Part shown: positions 48,352-59,512 of the stretch, one piece after another
How the letters are laid out: the number at the start of each line of letters is the position of its first letter
Position numbering within the stretch: position 1 is the first letter of the stretch
Source: Ostreococcus lucimarinus
Lineage: Eukaryota
Strand: one strand, 5' to 3'
Length of the DNA: 64,000 bases
Assembly (NCBI GenBank): GCA_000092065.1
Contig: CP000583.1
Notes under the pieces: generated by a model
What the model was told of the DNA's origin: nothing
The model's input: only the letters and a program-made list of their open reading frames with translations
The model's database searches: none
Program-made: the position numbers and the translations under genes

Positions 48352-49359
48352 ATGCCGGACATCGTCCGCATCGGCGGCACCGACCTCGTGCGCACGCGTG
48401 AGGCGAACGGCGAGTTCACGTACCGCCCCGTGGACGCGCAAACCGGCGCCGTGGTGGACGCCGCGACGTTTGAGGCGCGGAAGAAGGCGCAGAGGCAAGC
48501 GCAGCTCGCGAACGATCCTCGAGCGAACGAGCGCGCGGCGAACGAATGGGCGGCGCAGACGCGCGCGGCGATCGCGCGCACGCGCGTCGATGAATCGCGA
48601 CGGCTGAAGCGGGAAGACGCGCAGCGAAGGGAGCGGGAGAGCGGAACGACGGGACCGAGACGGCGCGCGAGAGAGCTCGGCGCGTCGGCGAAACCGTCGA
48701 AAGTGCTCACAGATTTGCGAGAGGAGATGCGCATCGCGGAAGCGACGGGATTGAAGAAGAAAAATCCAGGGTCGTATTCGTTTCTCAAAGCGGCGCTGGA
48801 CGTGGAGGAGGGGAAGCACGCGCGCGCGGTGGAGGCTGCGAGGAAGCGCGACTACGCGAAGGCTCGGTCGAGGAAAGGGGTGAAGGGAGACGCGGGATTA
48901 GACGCGGAGTTGAGCTCGGGAGACGAGGACAATGCGCCGAGAATTCGCGGGTCGTTGGCGGATTTGGATGATCCAGATTATCGCCGCGACGCGCGACCGA
49001 CGACGGCGAAGGCGCCGACGCCGATGCCGACAAAGGCGACAAAGGCGAAAGGCCTGTGCAGACGGTGCAAATTGCCAGGTCATCTTGCGCGCGATTGCAT
49101 GACGGACGAAAAGGATCTTCCAACCGCGAACAAGAGCGTCGTCGACGCGGTGGCGAGCGAAATTGAGCGTTTGGACGTCACGGGCGACGTCGCGCCTAAG
49201 GCGGCGAATATCCCGAAGCCTAGGAGCGCGAAGCATGGCGCGAGCAAGAACGACGACGCGAACGACCCCGATTACGCACGAGAACCGGTGTCGAAGAAAA
49301 CGAGCGGGCGTGGAGGAAGAGGCGGCCGAGGTGGACAACAAAGGCTCGTGGTCACGTGA
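48352..49359 (+). CDS. Basic/charged hypothetical protein with a CCHC zinc knuckle and a C-terminal RGG-like tail.
   Basis: The knuckle is CRRCKLPGHLARDC (C-x2-C-x4-H-x4-C). The N-terminal two-thirds are highly charged and coiled-coil-like. The tail is [10 protein letters not shown]. Confidence 0.55.
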   Translation: MPDIVRIGGTDLVRTREANGEFTYRPVDAQTGAVVDAATFEARKKAQRQAQLANDPRANERAANEWAAQTRAAIARTRVDESRRLKREDAQRRERESGTTGPRRRARELGASAKPSKVLTDLREEMRIAEATGLKKKNPGSYSFLKAALDVEEGKHARAVEAARKRDYAKARSRKGVKGDAGLDAELSSGDEDNAPRIRGSLADLDDPDYRRDARPTTAKAPTPMPTKATKAKGLCRRCKLPGHLARDCMTDEKDLPTANKSVVDAVASEIERLDVTGDVAPKAANIPKPRSAKHGASKNDDANDPDYAREPVSKKTSGRGGRGGRGGQQRLVVT

Positions 49360-49379
49360 TTTTATTTTACAACATGGAT

Positions 49380-50948
49380 TCACGCACTCAAGTTGAGCGT
49401 GCGTTCAACGGCGTCGTTCCAACGCGCGTAGTTCGTTTCGCGAGCTTCGATGGATAGTTTCGGGACGAACTCTGTGATGTCCCGATCACCATCACCTTCG
49501 CTGACGTTCGCGAAAACGTCTTCCTCTGTCATCAACCCGGCGCCGATGGCTGCGGCGTACGCCGCGCCTCGAGCCGTCGTCTCCACATCCGAGGGACGAA
49601 TGACATTCAAACCGATGCAATCGGCTTGAATTTGCATGAGAAGATTATTTGCACTCGCGCCGCCGTCAACTTTAAGCGCACTCAGCGAATGCGAGGTCGA
49701 TTCAGCCATGTCTTGACGCATGGCGTCGAGAACGTCTCTCGATTGAAACGCGATGGCGTCTAGCGCGGCTCGCGCGATGTGTCCTTTGTTGACGTACTGC
49801 GTCAGCCCCACAATCACACCACGCGCGTCTTCGCGCCATCTTGGCGCAAAAAGACCGCTAAATGCGGGGACAAACGATACACCAGCGGCATCTTCCACGG
49901 TGCCGGCGAGACTTTCGATATCGCTCGCCGTTTTAATCAACCCGAGATTATCGCGTAACCAGTGCACGACCGCGCCCGCGATTGCGACAGAACCCTCCAA
50001 AGCATACTTTGGGGTTTTGTCTCGTCCTCCGAGCTGCCACGCCATAGTCGTGAGCAGCCCGTGCTTCGAGCGCACGATGGTTGAACCCGTATTGAGAATC
50101 ATGAAGCAACCGGTGCCGTACGTATTCTTCGCCTGACCAACGTCGCATCTCTGTCCGAGCGTGGCCGATTGCTGATCACCGATGCATCCCGTAATTTTGA
50201 TCCCTCCTAAACCCTCGATGCTCGCATCGATCTCGCCAAAATCCTCGGCGCACGATTTGATCTCCGGCAGCGCGTCCATCGGCACGCCGAGCGTCTCGCA
50301 CGTCGCCGCGTCCCACGTCAAATCATCCAATCGCATCAGCAGCGTTCGCGACGCGTTCGAAACATCCGTAATGTGCGCTTTCCCGCCGGTGAGTTTATAC
50401 ACCAACCAACTCTCGATCGTTCCAAAGCACAAATCTTTTTCGCGCGCCGCCTCGCGCACGCCCTCGTCGTTTTCCAACAACCACCGCATCTTCATCGCGC
50501 TAAAATACGTGCTCACCGGCAACCCACACGTCGCGACGAACGCGTTCTTATCCCCATCGCACGCCTCTCTCACCACCGCATCGCACGTCTCCCGCGTGCG
50601 CGAGTCCAACCACACCACCGCGTTCGCCAGCGCCGTCCCGTCGCTTCGCCGCCACGCGCACGTCGTCTCTCGCTGATTCGTGATCCCCACGCACGCCAGA
50701 TCGCTCGCCGTCACGCCCGCCGATCGCAGCGCCTCCCTCGCGCACGTCAGCGCGCGCTCAAAGATCTCCTCCGCGTCGTGCTCGCACCATCCCGGCGCCG
50801 GATACCGTTGCGCGTGCTCCCGCTGCGCCGACGCGATCTTCACGTACGTCCTCGCGTCCCGCGGCGCCGTCGTCTCGTACACGACGAACCGCGTGGACGT
50901 CGTCCCCTGATCCAGCGCGCCGACGCACGTCGCGCGCCGACGCGCCAT
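49380..50948 (-). CDS. GK: Glycerol kinase.
   Basis: FGGY-family blocks are present from the N-terminus (…VGALDQGTTSTRFVVY…) through …GCIGDQQSATLGQ… and …YALEGSVAIAGAVVHWLRDNLG… to the C-terminus. The start is set at the ATG preceding the conserved N-terminus; a 65-codon in-frame upstream extension to 51143 (a possible presequence) cannot be excluded. Confidence 0.85.
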   Translation of the reverse strand: MARRRATCVGALDQGTTSTRFVVYETTAPRDARTYVKIASAQREHAQRYPAPGWCEHDAEEIFERALTCAREALRSAGVTASDLACVGITNQRETTCAWRRSDGTALANAVVWLDSRTRETCDAVVREACDGDKNAFVATCGLPVSTYFSAMKMRWLLENDEGVREAAREKDLCFGTIESWLVYKLTGGKAHITDVSNASRTLLMRLDDLTWDAATCETLGVPMDALPEIKSCAEDFGEIDASIEGLGGIKITGCIGDQQSATLGQRCDVGQAKNTYGTGCFMILNTGSTIVRSKHGLLTTMAWQLGGRDKTPKYALEGSVAIAGAVVHWLRDNLGLIKTASDIESLAGTVEDAAGVSFVPAFSGLFAPRWREDARGVIVGLTQYVNKGHIARAALDAIAFQSRDVLDAMRQDMAESTSHSLSALKVDGGASANNLLMQIQADCIGLNVIRPSDVETTARGAAYAAAIGAGLMTEEDVFANVSEGDGDRDITEFVPKLSIEARETNYARWNDAVERTLNLSA

Positions 50949-51457
50949 CGCGGCGTCGCGCGATGTCGATCGTCGCGCGCCGCGCGCGCGACCGCGCCGT
51001 CGATCGCGCGATCGCGCGTCGATCGACGGTCGAGGGTTCGTTGACGCCGCGCGAAGCTCGACGCGTCGATCGAGGTCGGTCGCTCCGATCGATCGCGGTG
51101 CGCGGCGGCTCGCGCGCGGACGCGGCGTCGCGCGACACATCACGGCGACGACGCGCGCGATGGCGACGCAATTCGCGCGCGCGAGCGCGCTCGAGACGTG
51201 CGTGTGACGCGCGACCGCGCGACGCGCGCGCGCGTAACGCGCGACCGCGCGCGCGTCGGAGGCGTCGCGCGCGGATAAAGCCCTGCGATGACGATGACGA
51301 TGGCGCGGCGCGACGACGACGACGACGAAGACGACGACGCGAGACTGACGAGGGCGCGAACGACGACGACGATGGCGACAGACGCACGACGCTTCGATCG
51401 AACCGCGGACGACGAAGCGTGGAGACGCGAGCGAGCAAGGTGGAGAGGAACCCGCGG

Positions 51458-52666
51458 ATGGCGCAACTGAAGGCTGGGTACTTGTTTCCGGAGATCGCGC
51501 GCATTCGCAACGCGCACTTGGAGAAGAATCCGGACGCGAAGATCATCTCTCTTGGGATCGGTGACACGACGGAACCGATTCCTAAGCCGATCACGGATGG
51601 GATGGTGGCCGCGGCGGCGGCGTTGGGCACGAAGGAAGGGTACTCGGCGAAGGGCGGGTACGGACCCGAGGCGGGTCAAATGGAATTGCGCAAGACTATC
51701 GCGGAAAAGCTCTACAAGGGGACGCCGATCACGTACGAAGACGTGTTCGCGTCTGATGGGTCCAAGTGCGATATCTCGCGCATGTTGCAAATGTTTGGCA
51801 GTGGACGTAAGATTGCGGTGCAAGACCCGTCGTACCCGGCGTACGTCGATTCCTCCGTCATCATGGGTCACTCCACGGGCTTCAACGACGCGGTCAAGCA
51901 GTACGAAAACATTACGTACATGCCGTGCGGCGCTGAGAATGATTTCTTTCCGGACTTGTCCGCGGCTAAGAGCGCGGAACTCATCTTCTTCTGCTCCCCG
52001 AATAACCCGACGGGCGCCGCGGCGACGCGCGCGCAGCTCACCGAGCTCGTGAACCAAGCTTTGGAGAGTGGATCCATCATCATCTACGACGCGGCGTATT
52101 CCGCGTTTGTCGGTAACCCGGACTGCCCGAAGACTATTTACGAAATTCCGGGCGCTGAGAAGTGCGCGATCGAGACGTGCTCGTTCTCCAAGTACGCCGG
52201 TTTCACCGGTTTGCGTCTCGGCTGGACCGTCTTCCCGGAGGCGCTCAAGTTTTCCGACGGCTCCTCCGTGCGTCAAGATTGGACCCGTATGATGGGTACG
52301 TCCTTCAACGGTGCGTCTACTGTCGCGCAAGGTGCCGGTCTCGCGTGCCTCACCGACGCCGGTTTGGCCGCCATGGGTGATATGGTTGCGTTTTACAAGG
52401 AAAACGCCGCCATCCTCAAGCGCACGTGGGAAGAAATGGGCTACAAAGTGTACGGTGGTACCGATGCGCCTTACGTGTGGGTTTCTTTCGAAGGCCGCGA
52501 CTCATGGGAAGTCTTCACGGAAATCCTCGACAAGACGGACATCGTCACCACCCCAGGCGCCGGTTTCGGCCCCGCCGGGAACGGCTACGTGCGCTGCAGC
52601 GCGTTCGGCAGCCGCGAGAACATCAACGAAGCCGCGCGTCGTCTCAAAGAGTCTTTCTCGAAGTAA
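51458..52666 (+). CDS. DAPL: LL-diaminopimelate aminotransferase (DapL/AGD2-type PLP aminotransferase). The true 5' end is probably further upstream (transit peptide).
   Basis: The sequence …LKAGYLFPEIARIRNAHLEKNPDAKIISLGIGDTTEPIP… matches the characteristic DapL N-terminus, with …DGSKCDISRMLQMFG…IAVQDPSYPAYVDSSVIMG… and the …SFSKYAGFTGLRLGW… PLP-lysine region. The frame stays open upstream to 50963 and encodes …SKVERNPR, which looks homologous to mature DapL. Confidence 0.8.
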   Translation: MAQLKAGYLFPEIARIRNAHLEKNPDAKIISLGIGDTTEPIPKPITDGMVAAAAALGTKEGYSAKGGYGPEAGQMELRKTIAEKLYKGTPITYEDVFASDGSKCDISRMLQMFGSGRKIAVQDPSYPAYVDSSVIMGHSTGFNDAVKQYENITYMPCGAENDFFPDLSAAKSAELIFFCSPNNPTGAAATRAQLTELVNQALESGSIIIYDAAYSAFVGNPDCPKTIYEIPGAEKCAIETCSFSKYAGFTGLRLGWTVFPEALKFSDGSSVRQDWTRMMGTSFNGASTVAQGAGLACLTDAGLAAMGDMVAFYKENAAILKRTWEEMGYKVYGGTDAPYVWVSFEGRDSWEVFTEILDKTDIVTTPGAGFGPAGNGYVRCSAFGSRENINEAARRLKESFSK

Positions 52667-52967
52667 ATGCGCGGGCGTTGAGTAGGCACCGTTTTAATAA
52701 TAATCGTCACGCTAATTGGTACAGGAAGGTTTAGGAAGGAAGGAAGATTGGATAAATAAAAATGTCACGTTGTATAGAATTACATTCCGACTGGCGCTTT
52801 GAAGAGCCTTCGCGAGGCGTTGTGTACAGCGTTCGCTCTTCGCCGCGGGTTCGGGAAGCCAAAACAATCCTTCTCTAAATTTTTGCTTGCCGCAGTTTGA
52901 AAAAATGTCCAAATGAATGAAAATTTGGCCTTTGCTGACGACGTCCTGAAGGGCTGACGATGGAAAC

Positions 52968-54485
52968 TCATCGCCGGCTCTCCGCCGCCGCTTTGGCCTT
53001 GGCCTGTTTGGCCGCGAGCTCTCGCACCTTGGCGAGAAGCTCTTGTGGGATCTCTCGCTTCTTGTCGCCCACGGTCTTCACAGACTGTTGCGGCAACATT
53101 GCGATGCGTAAGAGGTTGCGCCACTTATCCTTGAGATCCACCGCCGTGCGGTGTTCGATGGCGGTGAAACCGAGCTTTTTGATATCTGCCCACTTACCGC
53201 CGCCGCACTGCGCGACGCCGCGCACGAGCGCTTCGGCTTCTTCGAGTGCCCAAGGATTGTGATGCTTACTACGACGACCGGTGCCATTCTCGCCGGGTTT
53301 ACCTCTACCGGCGGGTTTGCCAGCGGCGCGACCGGATCCTTTCTTGCCGATGTCGCCGTCGTTGGATTCGGCATCGCTCACGCTCTTCGCCTTTTTGTGC
53401 GCACTCTTCGGGAGTGTGGCTTCGGCGGAGCGCTTTCCCTTGGCGCCCTTACCGCCTCGTCCTTTCGCCGCGACGCCACGTCTGGGGCTCTCGTGTTCGT
53501 CCATAGCGTCGTCGTCGTACAACGAGCGCGCAGACTTGACTTGGCGCTTGCCCGCGGCGCGCTTGGGCGATGCTTGCGGCTTGAAGCGAGATGCGCCCAC
53601 GTTCATGAGGGTGTCCTCGCCGGAAAGCGGCGAGCTGAATCGGCTCGACGGCGGCGTGAAGTCGTCGCCATTTCTGAACGCTTCGAGTCGCTTAAGGATC
53701 CACTGTCTATTGTTTGAGTTGGTGTCCTTGCCGAAGAGAGCGCGATACTGCCCGCGCAGAGAGGCGATGGATTCAACCTCGGTGTGCCCTGGAACACCGA
53801 AATCGATCACAGCTGGGACGTGCGCATACGCGCCGTGCGCGCCACCACCCGAAGCCCACTCGGGCTCGTGATCATTCGGCGCGACGAGACCGCACAAATT
53901 GCCGTTGCTCATCCAAGACGAGAGCGGCGGCGCGTTGTGCTCGACGAAAATTTCAGCGCCTTCGTCATCGATGAGACCGATGGCGCCGTCCATAATCGGT
54001 GCGCCGAATTCACACAGCAAGTTCTCCGCGGCTTCATCCAGGGTGACGTCGAACGGGGAGTACGACCGGTTCGACGCGGCGTCGCCGCTCAAGTAGGCCA
54101 CGCTCTGCGTCGACGCCTTGTCGTCGTCGTCGCTTCCACCTGACGCCGTGAGCATGCCCAAATTCCCCATCGACCCACTTCCCGTTCCAAGCATTGCCCC
54201 ATACCCGTGTTCCAACAACGCTCCACGCTCCGCCGCCGCGCGTCTCTGCGCCTTCGTCGCGCTCAAAATTTCCCGCTCCGCCGCCTTCAGCACCGGATCC
54301 GCGTCGAACGGCCCCGCCTCCGACACGAATCCCGCCATTTGTTGATCTACCGCATCGGTATCCCCATTCACATCGGGTCGATTCACGAATCTATACCCGC
54401 GCACCGCTCCCGGCGCGCCGTCCCGTCGCAGCGCCGCGCGCGTCGCATGACACCCGGGTGTTTGGGATGGCGCCATGGTCGCCAT
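52968..54485 (-). CDS. Myb/SANT-domain (telobox/TRF-like) DNA-binding protein. The Myb domain is at the extreme C-terminus, after a long disordered basic region.
   Basis: The C-terminal Myb domain reads …HNPWALEEAEALVRGVAQCGGGKWADIKKLGFTAIEHRTAVDLKDKWRNLLR…. The ATG at 54485 (MATMAPSQ…) is taken as the start; upstream of it ORF 52968..54875 is Arg-rich. Confidence 0.65.
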   Translation of the reverse strand: MATMAPSQTPGCHATRAALRRDGAPGAVRGYRFVNRPDVNGDTDAVDQQMAGFVSEAGPFDADPVLKAAEREILSATKAQRRAAAERGALLEHGYGAMLGTGSGSMGNLGMLTASGGSDDDDKASTQSVAYLSGDAASNRSYSPFDVTLDEAAENLLCEFGAPIMDGAIGLIDDEGAEIFVEHNAPPLSSWMSNGNLCGLVAPNDHEPEWASGGGAHGAYAHVPAVIDFGVPGHTEVESIASLRGQYRALFGKDTNSNNRQWILKRLEAFRNGDDFTPPSSRFSSPLSGEDTLMNVGASRFKPQASPKRAAGKRQVKSARSLYDDDAMDEHESPRRGVAAKGRGGKGAKGKRSAEATLPKSAHKKAKSVSDAESNDGDIGKKGSGRAAGKPAGRGKPGENGTGRRSKHHNPWALEEAEALVRGVAQCGGGKWADIKKLGFTAIEHRTAVDLKDKWRNLLRIAMLPQQSVKTVGDKKREIPQELLAKVRELAAKQAKAKAAAESRR

Positions 54486-55071
54486 CCCGCGCGCGCGATT
54501 AATCCCTCCGCGCGTCCGCTCGCGCGCCTCCACCGCGTCCGCTCGCGCGCCGAATCGACCGATCCGTTTTCTTTCCTCGACTCCCGCGCGTCCTCGTCCC
54601 CGTTCGCGCGTCGCGCGCGTCACGAACGACCAGTCACGCGCGTCCGAGGCGATCGCTCGACGTCGCGCGGCCGTCGGCGTCGCGATTCCGTCACCGAAAG
54701 CGCGTCGCCTCGTCGCGCGCGTCGCGCGCGGGCGTTCGTCCGCGCGCGCGAAATCCGCGCGAGTTTTCCACGCGCGGCGTCGCGCGGCGCGAGCGTCGTG
54801 CGAGCGCGCGCGTGCGGCGCGCGTCGGCGTGTCGCGGCGCCGCCGCCGCGCGCGAGAGCGGCGGCGCGTTTCCAACCGGAACGCGCGCGCGCGCGCGATG
54901 GCGCTGTCGGGGCCTCGAACGCGATGCGCGACGCGGTTTTTCGTGATCGGTCCCTAGATCTGTACCTTGTCACTGTTTACTCATACCCGAAAGTCGGATC
55001 ATTTTCTTATCGGGTGACGTCTGACGACGAGCCGTGACGTCTGACGCGGCGACTTTCGTGCGCCGACTTTC

Positions 55072-55653
55072 GTGTTTTCGCAGATCGCGCTCTGGATGCG
55101 TCGACTACGAGTGTTCGGACGAGTGTTCGGACGTTCGGACGTTCGGACGTTCGGACGTTCGGACGCCCGCGTCGGTCGCCGCGCCGGCGTCGTCGCCATC
55201 GCGCGACGCCGCGCTCTCTTCCGCGCGCGCGCGGAGACGGCGCCGCGCGACCGATCGGCGATGTCGCGCGCGATGCGCGGCGCGGTGCGCGACGCCCTGC
55301 GACGATCGCTCGCGGAGCAGGCGCCGCACTCGCTGCGCGTGCACATGAGCAACAAGTACGTGTACGCGCAGATCGTGCGCGCGCTCGACGGCCACGTCGT
55401 CGCGAGCGCGTCGACGATCGAGCGCGCGTTCCCGTTCGCGGAGAGCGACGCGAGCGCGAGCGCGACGACGCGCGAGATGCGGTCGAGGAGCGATAAGCGG
55501 GCGGCGGCGGCGGTGGGCGACGCGCTCGCGCGCAGGGCCAAGGCGGCGAACGTCGACGCGGTGAAGTGGACGCGACCGTACGGCAAGCGGTTTCACGGGA
55601 AGATCGCGTCGTTGATGGAGGCGCTGAAGAGCGGTGGGGTGGGATTGTTGTAG
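55072..55653 (+). CDS. RPL18: Organellar (bacterial-type) ribosomal protein uL18 with an Arg-rich N-terminal presequence. The conserved core starts at the M at 55261.
   Basis: The core …LRVHMSNKYVYAQIVRALDGHVVASAST…SDKRAAAAVGDALARRAKAANVDAVKW…YHGKIASLMEALKSGG… is L18/5S-rRNA-binding-like. The upstream 63 codons are Arg/Phe/Gly-rich and contain a microsatellite. Confidence 0.7.
   Translation: MFSQIALWMRRLRVFGRVFGRSDVRTFGRSDARVGRRAGVVAIARRRALFRARAETAPRDRSAMSRAMRGAVRDALRRSLAEQAPHSLRVHMSNKYVYAQIVRALDGHVVASASTIERAFPFAESDASASATTREMRSRSDKRAAAAVGDALARRAKAANVDAVKWTRPYGKRFHGKIASLMEALKSGGVGLL
55109..55164 (+). repeat. Microsatellite (GAGTGTTCGGAC)x2(GTTCGGAC)x4 in the 5' region (putative presequence) of the uL18 gene.
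   Basis: The repeat is read directly from the sequence. It encodes the FGRSDVRT-type peptide repeat seen in the ORF translation. Confidence 0.9.
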
Positions 55654-55840
55654 CTTTGTAGTGCGATGTGCGTTTGTATTCGTTCGCGTCGACGCGCGCG
55701 AGAGACGCGAAATCACTCGACGCGCGAGAGGCGCGTCGACGCCGCATTCGTCGTCGCCTCGGGACGCGTGAAGCGCGCGCGCGCGCCGTCGATCGCGCGT
55801 TTGAGCGTTTTCGTTCGTCTCTCGTCCCGCGCGCGACGCG

Positions 55841-56653
55841 ATGGGGTCTTCCGACGACGAGAAACCTCGCGCCGCCGAGCGCGAGGCGAAGAAGGAGAAG
55901 AAGGAAAAGAAGGAAAAGAAGGAGAAGAAGTCTTCCGATGGCGGCGACGAGGGCGACGAGAAGAGACCGACGGCGACGCCGGTTGAGATTCACACGCTGT
56001 TTTTCGGACAGATGCCGTTCGATACGAAGTCTTCGGACATCATGCCTTGGTTGAAGGCGAATTTGACCAGACACGGGTGCGGATTCGATATTAAGGACAT
56101 ACGCATGGCGGGAGGGGACGGCACGGGGACGCCGGGAAAGGCGAAAAAGTTTAAAGGGTACGCGTTCGTTGATTTTACGACGAATAAAGCGGCGAAGAAG
56201 GCGATGAAATTGCATCAGACGTTGTTTCGCGGACGGCCGGTGACGGTGGAGCGGTGCGCGCGCAAGGAGTACGCGGCGCCAAAGTCGGAGAAACGGAAGC
56301 GCGCGGCGGAGGGTGGGGGCGAAGGCGCGGATGGAGAGCCTGAAAAGAAGATGTTGAAGACACTGGTGGAACCGGATGCGGTGAAGGCCATGGTGGCGGA
56401 GGCTGCGGAGAACAGCGAGGGCACGCTCGCCGCGAACGACTGCGACGAAAAAGTCTTGTCCTTCTTGGGCTTGCTCCCCTCGGACGTGTGTCAAAAGGCG
56501 GTGAATGAGATCAAAAAGGTTTGCATGAAGGGTAACCAAGCGAAGAATAAGGGGGCGTACTTCATGGGGATCATTCGCAAGGTGAGCAAGACGTCGTGGG
56601 AGGAACGCGCGAAAGCCGACGCGGCGAAGGCAAAAGGCGCCGCCGAGTCTTAG
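55841..56653 (+). CDS. RRM-domain RNA-binding protein with a KKE-rich N-terminus and a conserved unassigned C-terminal region.
   Basis: The RRM has RNP2-like LFFGQMPFDT and RNP1-like KGYAFVDF. The N-terminal tract is (KKEKKE)n. Confidence 0.7.
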   Translation: MGSSDDEKPRAAEREAKKEKKEKKEKKEKKSSDGGDEGDEKRPTATPVEIHTLFFGQMPFDTKSSDIMPWLKANLTRHGCGFDIKDIRMAGGDGTGTPGKAKKFKGYAFVDFTTNKAAKKAMKLHQTLFRGRPVTVERCARKEYAAPKSEKRKRAAEGGGEGADGEPEKKMLKTLVEPDAVKAMVAEAAENSEGTLAANDCDEKVLSFLGLLPSDVCQKAVNEIKKVCMKGNQAKNKGAYFMGIIRKVSKTSWEERAKADAAKAKGAAES

Positions 56654-56779
56654 AAGAAAAGAGAATTGTGATATGCAATATGTAGTTTGTGTGTAGTCAT
56701 TGAACTTGCGTTTGATCGGCGTGTGCTATATGGTACAACATACTGTGCGAGATGTTTTTATTGGGACGTCTCCGCGACT

Positions 56780-59512
56780 TTAAGCCGGAGCCGCGAAGCC
56801 GAGAACCTTGTCCGCCAAGTCGGCCGGAGCGTACACGGCGACGGTGCGCGAGGGCAAGTACGCCAAGAACGAGGCCGGGCGACCGTTGAAGGCGTAATCT
56901 TCGGCGACAAATTCGGGCGCCGTGTACGTCCACAAGTTGGAGTAACCACCAAATTCGGGGTTGTCCGAGCTCAGCACGAGCTTGTAATTCGTCTTTTCCT
57001 TGCATCCGATGCGGTAGTCGCTAAACGACTGCGTCGGGTTCCAGTTGAACACAAACACCAAGTCACCGCGCTCGAACACGACAACTTTATCCGCGTCGCT
57101 CTTGCACGACGTGTACTGGTGGCTAGACGCGAGGTACTTGAAAGCGCCGGCGACCTTGTTCATCTGCGCGTCGAACGCGTTGAGGTACTTGTAGCGCAAG
57201 TGGTCCATGTCGGCCAAGTCGAATCGTCGGCGGCACAAATGGTACGAGTTGCCGTTACCCGGGATGAATTCACCCGTCGACGCCTCGACGCGATCATCGC
57301 GCGGGAAATCGATCCACTCCGGGTGGCCGAATTCGTTACCCATAAAGTTCAAGTAACCTTCGCCACCGAGACCCATCGTGAATTGGCGAATCATCTTGTG
57401 CAAGGCAATGCCGCGCGACACGACGGGGCTGTCGGGTACCAGCGTGGACATGTTGGTGTACATTTCTGCATCCATCAACCAGAAAGCGGTAGTCTTATCG
57501 CCAACGAGCGCTTGATCGTGAGATTCGGCGTAAGAGATGCACTTTTCGCCGTAGCGACGGTTCTCCATGGTGAACACCAAGTTACCCATGTCCCAGTTTT
57601 CATCCGAACCCCACTCGCTCAAGACCTCGATCCACTTGTCCGCGATGGCCATTTGGAGGCGATAGTCGAAACCGACACCGCCTTCGCTGACCGGGCGGCA
57701 AAGCGTCGGCATGCCGCTCACGTCTTCCGCGATCGTCGTCATCTTGCCTTCGTAGAGAGTGTGAAGCATGTCGTTGGCGAGCATGAGGTACACCATGGCG
57801 TCGACGTCAGTGGCCATGCCAAAGTACTCTTCATAGTTACCCGTGAAGGCGACTTGAAGACCGTGATGCTTGTACATCATGGACGTCACGCCATCGAAAC
57901 GGAAACCATCAAACTTGAATTCTTCGATCCAGTAGCGAAGGTTCGAGAGCAAGTAGCGCACGACTTCCCATTCGCCGTAGTTGAAGCATCGGGAATCCCA
58001 CATCCAATGATAACCTTCCGGACCAGAGTGGAAGTACTGACCGTTGCTACCGTCGAACATGTTGATGCCGTCGATGGAGTTGGACGACGCGTGAGAGTGC
58101 ACCAAATCCATGAGCACGGTGAGGCCCATGGAGTGCGCCTTGTCGACCAAGTACTTCAATTCATCGGGCGTACCGCATCGAGAAGACACGCCGAAGAAAT
58201 TGGTGACGTGGTAGCCGAAAGATGCGTAGTACGCGTGCTCTTGAACAGCCATCAATTGTACGGCGTTGTAACCGAGGTCTTTGATGCGCGGCAAGACATC
58301 GTCGGCGAACTCGACGTAAGAGTTGATCTTCGGCTCGGTGGAAGACATCCCGACGTGCGCTTCGTAAATGCGAAGCTCTTCGGGGGCATCCGGTCGCTCG
58401 TACTTGAACTTGTACTGCTCTTCTTCCGGGGGATCGTAGTAGATGCCGTTGAACGGAATTTCGCCTTGCGCCTGCACCGCGTACTTGATCCAAGCCGGGA
58501 TGCGGTCGACGGGTTCGCCGTTGGGAATTTGAAGATGAATCTTCACGCGAGAGCCGTGCGGGATGGCCGGAGAACCGTCCGCGTTGTTCGGAAGGAACAC
58601 TTCGAACACGCCGTAATCGTTCTTGGTCATCCACTTGCCATTCTCGCCGAGATCCCAACCGTTGAAGTCGCCGCGAAGGCACGCGGCCGACGCGTTCGGC
58701 GCCCACTCTCTGTAAGTAATGCCCTCCGCGGTGCGCGTGAAACCCATCTTTTCATAGCCTCGGCTGAACTTTTCGATGCCACCTTCGTGATCTTCGATCG
58801 CTTGGCGCAAGTTCTTGAACTTTTCGAAACGATGACCGAGGTGTCCCTTGTGGTGTTCCAACATCGAGTCGAGCGCGCAGACGGCGAAACCATCGCCCTC
58901 AATCGGCGGCATCTTGAATCCCTCCAAACGATCCGCCTTTTCCGTGAACGCACCGACGGTCACCGGCGCAGACACCGGTTGCGGCGTCGGTTCCGGCTTC
59001 GCCGCCGCCGCCTCCGGCTCCGGCTTCGCCGCCGCCGGTTCCTCCACCGCCACCGCCGCCGCCGCCATCCCCGTCGCCGCCGCCGCCTCCTCGGCGTCCA
59101 ACTCCGCCTTCAATCTCTCGTTTTCCAACCGCAGCGCCTCCACCGCCGCCGTCACCGCGTCCAAATCAAACCCGTCTCCGCTCGCCTTGACCGTCGCGCG
59201 TCCTCTCGCCTGCGAACGAATAATCGCGATCGATTCGTCAGTCCTCCCGCCGCGCGCGCGCGTCCGACCCCATCCACCGTCCCGTCGTCGCCGCGTCGCT
59301 CGCGCGTCGATCTCTTCGTCGCCGCGCGTCGATCGTCGCGTCGTCGCGTCGTCGCGCGTCCGATCGCGTCCGTCATCCGTTATCCACTTCGCGCGTCGCG
59401 CGCGCGCCGCTCGACGCACCGTGACGCGTCGCGTCGCGCGCGCGCGCGAGACTCTCGTCGCGGGCCGCGCGAAGCGCGCGCTCGGCGCGGTCGCGCGCGC
59501 GCTCGGCGCCAT
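56780..59512 (-). CDS. SBE: Starch branching enzyme (1,4-alpha-glucan branching enzyme, GH13) with a plastid transit peptide.
   Basis: Continuous GH13 blocks are present, including CBM48 (…[22 protein letters not shown]…), the catalytic region (…[12 protein letters not shown]…, …IAEDVSGMP…, …YAESHDQ…) and the C-terminal beta domain. The N-terminal ~110 aa is Arg/Ala/Thr-rich. Confidence 0.95.
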   Translation of the reverse strand: MAPSARATAPSARFARPATRVSRARATRRVTVRRAARARRAKWITDDGRDRTRDDATTRRSTRGDEEIDARATRRRRDGGWGRTRARGGRTDESIAIIRSQARGRATVKASGDGFDLDAVTAAVEALRLENERLKAELDAEEAAAATGMAAAAVAVEEPAAAKPEPEAAAAKPEPTPQPVSAPVTVGAFTEKADRLEGFKMPPIEGDGFAVCALDSMLEHHKGHLGHRFEKFKNLRQAIEDHEGGIEKFSRGYEKMGFTRTAEGITYREWAPNASAACLRGDFNGWDLGENGKWMTKNDYGVFEVFLPNNADGSPAIPHGSRVKIHLQIPNGEPVDRIPAWIKYAVQAQGEIPFNGIYYDPPEEEQYKFKYERPDAPEELRIYEAHVGMSSTEPKINSYVEFADDVLPRIKDLGYNAVQLMAVQEHAYYASFGYHVTNFFGVSSRCGTPDELKYLVDKAHSMGLTVLMDLVHSHASSNSIDGINMFDGSNGQYFHSGPEGYHWMWDSRCFNYGEWEVVRYLLSNLRYWIEEFKFDGFRFDGVTSMMYKHHGLQVAFTGNYEEYFGMATDVDAMVYLMLANDMLHTLYEGKMTTIAEDVSGMPTLCRPVSEGGVGFDYRLQMAIADKWIEVLSEWGSDENWDMGNLVFTMENRRYGEKCISYAESHDQALVGDKTTAFWLMDAEMYTNMSTLVPDSPVVSRGIALHKMIRQFTMGLGGEGYLNFMGNEFGHPEWIDFPRDDRVEASTGEFIPGNGNSYHLCRRRFDLADMDHLRYKYLNAFDAQMNKVAGAFKYLASSHQYTSCKSDADKVVVFERGDLVFVFNWNPTQSFSDYRIGCKEKTNYKLVLSSDNPEFGGYSNLWTYTAPEFVAEDYAFNGRPASFLAYLPSRTVAVYAPADLADKVLGFAAPA

